Of a stretch of DNA of 64,000 nt, positions 53,801 to 64,000 are shown one piece after another. The stretch lies in assembly GCF_009914755.1 (NCBI RefSeq), contig NC_060939.1. One strand, 5' to 3'. The DNA is from the human T2T-CHM13v2.0 reference genome, Homo sapiens. The notes beneath the pieces are model-generated. The model searched no databases. It had not been told where the DNA came from and was given only the letters and a program-made list of their open reading frames with translations. Position numbers and translations under genes: made by a program. Position 1 is the first letter of the stretch, and each line of letters starts with the position of its first letter.

Positions 53801-56800
53801 TGGAAAAGGAAATATCTTCACATATAAACTATGCAGAAGCATTTTGAGATTCTTCTTTGTGAGGTGTGCATTCAACTCACAGAGTTGAACTTATCTTTTC
53901 CTTGAGCACTTTCATATCTCATTTTCTGTAGAATCTGCAAGTGGATATTTGGAGCTCTTTGCACCCTGTGGTGGAAAGGGAACTATCTTCATATAAAAAC
54001 TACAAAGAAGCATTCAGAGAAACTTCTTGTGATGAATGCATTCCTCACACAGAGCTGAACCTTTCTTTTTATGGAGCAGTATTGAAACGCTCTTTTTGCA
54101 GAATCACCAAGTGGATATTTGGAGAGCTTTGGGGCCTGTTTTGGAAAATGAAATATCTTCAAAGTAAAACTACACAGAACCATTCTGAGAAACTTCTTTA
54201 TGATGTGTGCATTCAACTCTCAGAGTTGAACCTACCTTATGATTGAGCAATTTGGAAACACTCTTTTTGTAGAGCCTGCAAGTGGATATTTAGAACGATT
54301 TGAGGCCTATTGTGGAAAAGCAAATATCTTCACATAAAAACTACACAGAAGCATTCTGAGAAACTTCTTTGGCATGTGTGCATTCAACTAACAGTGTTGA
54401 ACGTATCTTTTGATTGAGCAGCTTAGAATCTCTCTTTTTGTAGAAAATGCAAGTAGATATTTGGAGCCCCATTTTGCCCTATGGTAGAAAACAAAACATC
54501 TTCACATAAAATCTACACAGAAGCATTCTGAGAAACTTCTTTGTGATGTTTGCATTGAACTCCCAGAGTCGAACCTATCTTTTGATAGAGCACTTTTGTA
54601 TCTCTCTTTTTGCGGAATCTGCAAGTGGATATTTGGAAAGCTTGAGGCCTATTGTGAAAAAGGAAATATCTTCACATAAAAACTACAGAGAAGCATTCTG
54701 AGAAACTTCTTTGTGAGGCATGGATTCAACCCACAGAGTTGGACTTATCATTGAGCAGTTTTGAATCTCTCTTTTTGTCGAATCTGCAAGTGGATATTTG
54801 GAGCCCTTTGCAACCTAGGGTGGAAAAGGAAATACCTTCAAATAAAAACTATATAGAAGCATTCCGTAAAACTTCTTTGTGATGTGTGCATTCGTCTCAC
54901 AGAGTTGAACCTATCTAATGATTGAGCGGTTTTGAAACACTCATTTTGTAGAACCTGCAAGTGGATATTGGGAGTACTTTGTGGCCTTCTTTGGAAAAGG
55001 GAATATCTTCACATAAAAACTACAAAGAAGCATTCTGAGAAACTTCTTTGTGATGTGTGCATTCATCTCACAGTGTTGGACGTTTCTTTTGATAGGGCAG
55101 TTTTGAAACACTCTTTTTCTAGAATCTGCAAGTGGATATTTGGAGCGCTTTGAGGCCTAATGTGGAAAATCAAATATCTTCACATAAAAACTACACAGAG
55201 GCATTCTGAGAAACTTCTTTTTTTGTGTGTGCATTCAACTCACATAGTTGAAGTAATCTTTGGATTTAGCTGTTTTGAATCTCCTTTTTGCAGAATCTGC
55301 AAGTTGATACTTGGAGCCCTGTTTCACCCTATAGTGGAAAAGCAAATATCTTCACATAAACAAACCCTACAGAGAAGCATTCAGAGAAAGTCCTTTGTGA
55401 TGTGTGCATTGAACATGCAGAGTTGACACTATCTTTTGATTGTACAGTTTTGAATACGTCTTTTTGTAGAATCTGCAAGTGGAAGTTTGGAGCTGTTTGC
55501 ACCCTGTGGTGTAAAAGGAAATATCTTCATATAAAAGCTACACAGAAGCATTCAGAAAGACTTCTTTGTGATGAATGCGTTCCTCACACAGAGTTGAATC
55601 TTCCTTTTTATTGAGTAGTATTGAAACCCTCTTTTTGCAGAATAACCAGGTGGATATTTGGAGAGCTTTGAGGCCTGTTTTGGAAAAGCAAATATCTTCA
55701 AATTAAAACCACACAGAAGCATTCTGAGAAGCTTCTTTGTGATGTGTGCATTCAACTCTCAGAGTTCAACGTGTCTTATGATGGAGCAGTTTGGAAACAC
55801 TCTTTTTTGTAGAAACTGCAAGTGGATATGTAGAGCGATTTGAGGCCTACTGTGGAAAAGCAAATATCTTCACATAACAACTACACAGAAGCACTCCTAG
55901 AAACTTCTTTGTGATGTGTGAATTCAACTCACAGAGCTGAACCTATCTTTTGATGGAGTAGCTTAGAATCTCTCTTTTTTTAGAATCTGCACGTGGATAT
56001 TTGGAGCGCTTTGAGACCTAAAGTGGAAAAGCAAATATCTTCACATAAAATCTACATAGAGGCACTCTAAGAAACTTCTTTTTGATGTGTGCATTCACCT
56101 CACAGAGCTGAACCGATCCTTCGAGTGACCAGTTTTGAATCTCTCTTTTTATACAATCTGCAAGTGGATATTTGGAGCCCTTTGCGGCCTATGGTGGAAA
56201 AGGAAATATCTTCAAATAAAAACTACACAGAAGCATTCTGAGTCCCTATTTTGGAAAAGAAAATATCTTCACTTAAACAACTACGCAGAAATACTGTGAG
56301 AAACTTCTTTGTTATGTGAGCATTCAACTCACAGAGTTGAACCTATCTTTTGATTGAGCAGTTTTGAATCTCTCATTTTGCAGAATCTGCAAGGGGATAT
56401 TTGGAGCCCTTTGCGGCCTATGGTGGAAAAGGAAATACCTTCAAATGAAAAGCACACAGAGGCATTCTGAGAAACTTCCTCGTGATTGTGCATTCAACTC
56501 ACAGAGTTAAACCTATCTTATGATTGACCAGTTTTGGAACACTCTTTTCATAGGATCTGCAAGTGGATATTTGGCGTGCTTTGAGGCCTATCGTGGAAAA
56601 GCAAATAACTTCAGATAAAAACTATACAGAAGCATTCTGAGAAACTTCTTTGTGATGTGTGCATTGATCTCACAGAGTTGAAAGTGTATTTTGATTGAGC
56701 AGTTTTGAAACACTCTTTTTGTAGAATCTGCAAGTGGATAATTGGGGAGATTTGAGGTATATTGTGGAAAAGCAAGTATCTTCATATAAAAACTATACAG

Positions 56801-59800
56801 AAGCTTTCTGAGAAACATCTTTGTGAGGTTTGCATTCAACTCACAGAGCTGGAACTATCTTTTGAGTGACCAGTTTTGAATCTCTCTTTTTGTACAATCT
56901 GCAAGTGGATATTTGGAGCGTTTTGAGGCCTACATTTGAAAATCAAATATCTTCCCTTAAAAGCTACACAGAAACATTCTCAGAAATTGTTTGTCATGTG
57001 TGCTTTCAAATTACCAAGTTGAACCTACCTTGTGATTGAGCAGTTTTGAATCTCTCTTTTTGTGGAATCTGCAAGTGGATATTTTTAGCCATTTGCGGAC
57101 TGTGGTGGAAAAGGAATTATCTTCAAATCCATTCTACACAGAAGCATTCAGACAAACTTTTTGTGATGAGTGCATTGGTCACACAGAATTGAACCTCTCC
57201 TTTGATTGAGCAATTCTGAAACACTCTTTCAGAGGGTCTGCAAGTGGATATTTTAGAGCTTTGGGACAATTGTGGAAAAGTAAATATCTTCACATAGAAA
57301 CTACACGGAAGCATTCTGAGAAACTTCTTTGGAGGTGTGCATTCAACTCACAGAGTTGAACCTATCTTTTCATTGAGCAGTTTTGAATCTCTCTTTTTGT
57401 AGACTCTGCTTGCAGATATTTGGAGAGCTTTGAGGCCTATTGTGGAAAAGGAATCATCTTCACATAAAAACACACAGAAGCACTCTGAGAAACTTCTTTG
57501 TGAAGTGTGCATTCAACTCACAGAGTTGAACCTATCTTTTGATTGAGAAGCTTTGAATCTCTCTTTTTGTAGAAGCTGCATGTGGATATTTGGAGACGTT
57601 TGTGGCCTATGGTAGAAAAGGCAATATCTTCAAATAAAAACTAGACAGAAGCATTTTGAGAAATTTCTCTGTGCTGTGTGCATTCATATCACATGGTTGA
57701 AACTACCTTTTGGTTGAGCAGTTTTGAATCTCTCTTTTTGTAACATCTGCAATGGATATTTGGAGCCCTTTGTGGTCTGTGGTGGAAAAGGAACTATCCT
57801 CAAATAAAAACTACACAGAAGTATTCCGAGAAACTTCCTTGTGATGTGTGCATTCATCTCACAGGGTTGAACCTTTGGTTTGATTGAGCAGTTTTGAGAC
57901 AATCTTTCCATAGAATCTGGAAGTGAATATTTGGAGAACCTTGAGATCTATTTTGGAGAAGGAGATATCTTTATATGAAAACTGCACAGAAGCATTCTGA
58001 GAAACATCTTTGTGAGGTGTGCAATGAAGTCACAGAGTTGAAACTATGTTTTGATTCAGCAGTTTTGAGTCTCTCTTTTTGCAGAATCTGCGAGTGGATA
58101 TCTGGAGAACTTGGAGGCCTATTTGGAAAAGGAAATATCTTCACATATAAACTATGCAGAAGCATTTTGAGATTCTTCTTTGTGAGGTGTGCATTCAACT
58201 CACAGAGTTGAACTTATCTTTTCCTTGAGCACTTTCATATCTCATTTTCTGTAGAATCTGCAAGTGGATATTTGGAGCTCTTTGCACCCTGTGGTGGAAA
58301 GGGAACTATCTTCATATAAAAACTACAAAGAAGCATTCAGAGAAACTTCTTGTGATGAATGCATTCCTCACACAGAGCTGAACCTTTCTTTTTATTGAGC
58401 AGTATTGAAACGCTCTTTTTGCAGAATCACCAAGTGGATATTTGGAGAGCTTTGGGGCCTGTTTTGGAAAATGAAATATCTTCAAAGTAAAACTACACAG
58501 AACCATTCTGAGAAACTTCTTTATGATGTGTGCATTCAACTCTCAGAGTTGAACCTACCTTATGATTGAGCAATTTGGAAACACTCTTTTTGTAGAGCCT
58601 GCAAGTGGATATTTAGAACGATTTGAGGCCTATTGTGGAAAAGCAAATATCTTCACATAAAAACTACACAGAAGCATTCTGAGAAACTTCTTTGGCATGT
58701 GTGCATTCAACTAACAGTGTTGAACGTATCTTTTGATTGAGCAGCTTAGAATCTCTCTTTTTGTAGAAAATGCAAGTAGATATTTGGAGCCCCATTTTGC
58801 CCTATGGTAGAAAACAAAACATCTTCACATAAAATCTACACAGAAGCATTCTGAGAAACTTCTTTGTGATGTTTGCATTGAACTCCCAGAGTCGAACCTA
58901 TCTTTTGATAGAGCACTTTTGTATCTCTCTTTTTGCGGAATCTGCAAGTGGATATTTGGAAAGCTTGAGGCCTATTGTGAAAAAGGAAATATCTTCACAT
59001 AAAAACTACAGAGAAGCATTCTGAGAAACTTCTTTGTGAGGCATGGATTCAACCCACAGAGTTGGACTTATCATTGAGCAGTTTTGAATCTCTCTTTTTG
59101 TCGAATCTGCAAGTGGATATTTGGAGCCCTTTGCAACCTAGGGTGGAAAAGGAAATACCTTCAAATAAAAACTATATAGAAGCATTCCGTAAAACTTCTT
59201 TGTGACGTGTGCATTCGTCTCACAGAGTTGAACCTATCTAATGATTGAGCGGTTTTGAAACACTCATTTTGTAGAACCTGCAAGTGGATATTGGGAGTAC
59301 TTTGTGGCCTTCTTTGGAAAAGGGAATATCTTCACATAAAAACTACAAAGAAGCATTCTGAGAAACTTCTTTGTGATGTGTGCATTCATCTCACAGTGTT
59401 GGACGTTTCTTTTGATAGGGCAGTTTTGAAACACTCTTTTTCTAGAATCTGCAAGTGGATATTTGGAGCGCTTTGAGGCCTAATGTGGAAAATCAAATAT
59501 CTTCACATAAAAACTACACAGAGGCATTCTGAGAAACTTCTTTTTTTGTGTGTGCATTCAACTCACATAGTTGAAGTAATCTTTGGATTTAGCTGTTTTG
59601 AATCTCCTTTTTGCAGAATCTGCAAGTTGATACTTGGAGCCCTGTTTCACCCTATAGTGGAAAAGCAAATATCTTCACATAAACAAACCCTACAGAGAAG
59701 CATTCAGAGAAAGTCCTTTGTGATGTGTGCATTGAACATGCAGAGTTGACACTATCTTTTGATTGTACAGTTTTGAATACGTCTTTTTGTAGAATCTGCA

Positions 59801-60805
59801 AGTGGAAGTTTGGAGCTGTTTGCACCCTGTGGTGTAAAAGGAAATATCTTCATATAAAAGCTACACAGAAGCATTCAGAAAGACTTCTTTGTGATGAATG
59901 CGTTCCTCACACAGAGTTGAATCTTCCTTTTTATTGAGTAGTATTGAAACCCTCTTTTTGCAGAATAACCAGGTGGATATTTGGAGAGCTTTGAGGCCTG
60001 TTTTGGAAAAGCAAATATCTTCAAATTAAAACCACACAGAAGCATTCTGAGAAGCTTCTTTGTGATGTGTGCATTCAACTCTCAGAGTTCAACGTGTCTT
60101 ATGATGGAGCAGTTTGGAAACACTCTTTTTTGTAGAAACTGCAAGTGGATATGTAGAGCGATTTGAGGCCTACTGTGGAAAAGCAAATATCTTCACATAA
60201 CAACTACACAGAAGCACTCCTAGAAACTTCTTTGTGATGTGTGAATTCAACTCACAGAGCTGAACCTATCTTTTGATGGAGTAGCTTAGAATCTCTCTTT
60301 TTTTAGAATCTGCACGTGGATATTTGGAGCGCTTTGAGACCTAAAGTGGAAAAGCAAATATCTTCACATAAAATCTACATAGAGGCACTCTAAGAAACTT
60401 CTTTTTGATGTGTGCATTCACCTCACAGAGCTGAACCGATCCTTCGAGTGACCAGTTTTGAATCTCTCTTTTTATACAATCTGCAAGTGGATATTTGGAG
60501 CCCTTTGCGGCCTATGGTGGAAAAGGAAATATCTTCAAATAAAAACTACACAGAAGCATTCTGAGTCCCTATTTTGGAAAAGAAAATATCTTCACTTAAA
60601 CAACTACGCAGAAATACTGTGAGAAACTTCTTTGTTATGTGAGCATTCAACTCACAGAGTTGAACCTATCTTTTGATTGAGCAGTTTTGAATCTCTCATT
60701 TTGCAGAATCTGCAAGGGGATATTTGGAGCCCTTTGCGGCCTATGGTGGAAAAGGAAATACCTTCAAATGAAAAGCACACAGAGGCATTCTGAGAAACTT
60801 CCTCG
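47837..60805 (+). repeat. HOR copies 11-13, three 4,323-bp units (starts 47837, 52160, 56483)
   Basis: Marker spacing across 47942, 52265, 56588 and 60911 is 4,323. The extra base is the T7 run. Confidence 0.96.
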
Positions 60806-63800
60806 TGATTGTGCATTCAACTCACAGAGTTAAACCTATCTTATGATTGACCAGTTTTGGAACACTCTTTTCATAGGATCTGCAAGTGGATATTTGGCGT
60901 GCTTTGAGGCCTATCGTGGAAAAGCAAATAACTTCAGATAAAAACTATACAGAAGCATTCTGAGAAACTTCTTTGTGATGTGTGCATTGATCTCACAGAG
61001 TTGAAAGTGTATTTTGATTGAGCAGTTTTGAAACACTCTTTTTGTAGAATCTGCAAGTGGATAATTGGGGAGATTTGAGGTATATTGTGGAAAAGCAAGT
61101 ATCTTCATATAAAAACTATACAGAAGCTTTCTGAGAAACATCTTTGTGAGGTTTGCATTCAACTCACAGAGCTGGAACTATCTTTTGAGTGACCAGTTTT
61201 GAATCTCTCTTTTTGTACAATCTGCAAGTGGATATTTGGAGCGTTTTGAGGCCTACATTTGAAAATCAAATATCTTCCCTTAAAAGCTACACAGAAACAT
61301 TCTCAGAAATTGTTTGTCATGTGTGCTTTCAAATTACCAAGTTGAACCTACCTTGTGATTGAGCAGTTTTGAATCTCTCTTTTTGTGGAATCTGCAAGTG
61401 GATATTTTTAGCCATTTGCAGACTGTGGTGGAAAAGGAATTATCTTCAAATCCATTCTACACAGAAGCATTCAGACAAACTTTTTGTGATGAGTGCATTG
61501 GTCACACAGAATTGAACCTCTCCTTTGATTGAGCAATTCTGAAACACTCTTTCAGAGGGTCTGCAAGTGGATATTTTAGAGCTTTGGGACAATTGTGGAA
61601 AAGTAAATATCTTCACATAGAAACTACACGGAAGCATTCTGAGAAACTTCTTTGGAGGTGTGCATTCAACTCACAGAGTTGAACCTATCTTTTCATTGAG
61701 CAGTTTTGAATCTCTCTTTTTGTAGACTCTGCTTGCAGATATTTGGAGAGCTTTGAGGCCTATTGTGGAAAAGGAATCATCTTCACATAAAAACACACAG
61801 AAGCACTCTGAGAAACTTCTTTGTGAAGTGTGCATTCAACTCACAGAGTTGAACCTATCTTTTGATTGAGAAGCTTTGAATCTCTCTTTTTGTAGAAGCT
61901 GCATGTGGATATTTGGAGACGTTTGTGGCCTATGGTAGAAAAGGCAATATCTTCAAATAAAAACTAGACAGAAGCATTTTGAGAAATTTCTCTGTGCTGT
62001 GTGCATTCATATCACATGGTTGAAACTACCTTTTGGTTGAGCAGTTTTGAATCTCTCTTTTTGTAACATCTGCAATGGATATTTGGAGCCCTTTGTGGTC
62101 TGTGGTGGAAAAGGAACTATCCTCAAATAAAAACTACACAGAAGTATTCCGAGAAACTTCCTTGTGATGTGTGCATTCATCTCACAGGGTTGAACCTTTG
62201 GTTTGATTGAGCAGTTTTGAGACAATCTTTCCATAGAATCTGGAAGTGAATATTTGGAGAACCTTGAGATCTATTTTGGAGAAGGAGATATCTTTATATG
62301 AAAACTGCACAGAAGCATTCTGAGAAACATCTTTGTGAGGTGTGCAATGAAGTCACAGAGTTGAAACTATGTTTTGATTCAGCAGTTTTGAGTCTCTCTT
62401 TTTGCAGAATCTGCGAGTGGATATCTGGAGAACTTGGAGGCCTATTTGGAAAAGGAAATATCTTCACATATAAACTATGCAGAAGCATTTTGAGATTCTT
62501 CTTTGTGAGGTGTGCATTCAACTCACAGAGTTGAACTTATCTTTTCCTTGAGCACTTTCATATCTCATTTTCTGTAGAATCTGCAAGTGGATATTTGGAG
62601 CTCTTTGCACCCTGTGGTGGAAAGGGAACTATCTTCATATAAAAACTACAAAGAAGCATTCAGAGAAACTTCTTGTGATGAATGCATTCCTCACACAGAG
62701 CTGAACCTTTCTTTTTATGGAGCAGTATTGAAACGCTCTTTTTGCAGAATCACCAAGTGGATATTTGGAGAGCTTTGGGGCCTGTTTTGGAAAATGAAAT
62801 ATCTTCAAAGTAAAACTACACAGAACCATTCTGAGAAACTTCTTTATGATGTGTGCATTCAACTCTCAGAGTTGAACCTACCTTATGATTGAGCAATTTG
62901 GAAACACTCTTTTTGTAGAGCCTGCAAGTGGATATTTAGAACGATTTGAGGCCTATTGTGGAAAAGCAAATATCTTCACATAAAAACTACACAGAAGCAT
63001 TCTGAGAAACTTCTTTGGCATGTGTGCATTCAACTAACAGTGTTGAACGTATCTTTTGATTGAGCAGCTTAGAATCTCTCTTTTTGTAGAAAATGCAAGT
63101 AGATATTTGGAGCCCCATTTTGCCCTATGGTAGAAAACAAAACATCTTCACATAAAATCTACACAGAAGCATTCTGAGAAACTTCTTTGTGATGTTTGCA
63201 TTGAACTCCCAGAGTCGAACCTATCTTTTGATAGAGCACTTTTGTATCTCTCTTTTTGCGGAATCTGCAAGTGGATATTTGGAAAGCTTGAGGCCTATTG
63301 TGAAAAAGGAAATATCTTCACATAAAAACTACAGAGAAGCATTCTGAGAAACTTCTTTGTGAGGCATGGATTCAACCCACAGAGTTGGACTTATCATTGA
63401 GCAGTTTTGAATCTCTCTTTTTGTCGAATCTGCAAGTGGATATTTGGAGCCCTTTGCAACCTAGGGTGGAAAAGGAAATACCTTCAAATAAAAACTATAT
63501 AGAAGCATTCCGTAAAACTTCTTTGTGACGTGTGCATTCGTCTCACAGAGTTGAACCTATCTAATGATTGAGCGGTTTTGAAACACTCATTTTGTAGAAC
63601 CTGCAAGTGGATATTGGGAGTACTTTGTGGCCTTCTTTGGAAAAGGGAATATCTTCACATAAAAACTACAAAGAAGCATTCTGAGAAACTTCTTTGTGAT
63701 GTGTGCATTCATCTCACAGTGTTGGACGTTTCTTTTGATAGGGCAGTTTTGAAACACTCTTTTTCTAGAATCTGCAAGTGGATATTTGGAGCGCTTTGAG

Positions 63801-64000
63801 GCCTAATGTGGAAAATCAAATATCTTCACATAAAAACTACACAGAGGCATTCTGAGAAACTTCTTTTTTTGTGTGTGCATTCAACTCACATAGTTGAAGT
63901 AATCTTTGGATTTAGCTGTTTTGAATCTCCTTTTTGCAGAATCTGCAAGTTGATACTTGGAGCCCTGTTTCACCCTATAGTGGAAAAGCAAATATCTTCA
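60806..64000 (+). repeat. HOR copy 14, partial (cut by window end), 4,323-type haplotype
   Basis: Same monomer order from 60806, with the T7 run at ~63864. Confidence 0.95.

Larger units (their letters stand above)
1..64000 (+). repeat. Alpha-satellite (alphoid) centromeric/pericentromeric tandem array, ~171-bp monomers, head-to-tail, single orientation
   Basis: Alphoid motifs (CATTCTGAGAAACTTCTTTGTGATGTGTGCATTCAACTCACAGAGTTGAAC...TTTTGTAGAATCTGCAAGTGGATATTTGGA...GGAAAAGGAAATATCTTCACATAAAAACTACACAGAAG) recur about every 171 bp. In the first HOR they start at 151, 322, 493, 663, 830, 999, 1170, 1340, 1511, 1681, 1852, 2022, 2193, 2365, 2535, 2701, 2872, 3043, 3218, 3389, 3560, 3732, 3901, 4072, 4130 and 4301. 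Confidence 0.99.

Noticed and set aside
106-63799. The many short ORFs (61-101 aa) on both strands
   Set aside because: They are translations of alpha-satellite monomers recurring at the HOR period. Many have non-ATG starts and none has a recognisable domain or gene structure. They were used only as positional markers.
1-64000. CRISPR-like repeat/spacer interpretation
   Set aside because: There are no unique spacers. The full 171 bp is homologous between monomers, and no cas genes are present.
1-64000. Functional CENP-B boxes
   Set aside because: No TTCGnnnnAnnCGGG core was seen on either strand by eye. Only the degenerate copy at 2827-2843 and its repeats were found.
1-64000. Transposon insertions (L1/Alu), inversions or non-alphoid islands
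   Set aside because: HOR spacing is fully explained by 4,322 bp, the 1,539-bp duplication and 1-2 bp indels. There is no poly-A tail, target-site duplication or strand switch.

Overview
The whole 64 kb window is one uninterrupted, single-orientation array of primate (human-like) alpha-satellite DNA made of ~171-bp monomers. The monomers form a highly homogeneous higher-order repeat (HOR) of 4,322 bp, which is 25 full monomers plus one 58-bp truncated monomer. The window holds 13 complete HOR copies and one partial copy. Three copies (21609-27469, 31792-37652, 41975-47836) are a longer 5,861/5,862-bp variant with a tandem duplication of 9 monomers (1,539 bp). These alternate with canonical copies and give a 10,183-bp super-period. 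No intact CENP-B box is seen. The box position carries pJalpha/A-type sequence, which fits an older SF4-like, probably kinetochore-inactive HOR. I found no genes, RNA genes, transposons or CRISPR arrays, and all listed ORFs are satellite translation artefacts. I found no new gene-encoded system. The notable signals are structural and evolutionary: the HOR-of-HORs, a recombinant 9-mer duplication, a tract of 6 substitutions in 21 bp, a 15/17 degenerate CENP-B box, a microhomology-joined truncated monomer, and HOR haplotype switches. All variant calls were made by eye and may be incomplete.
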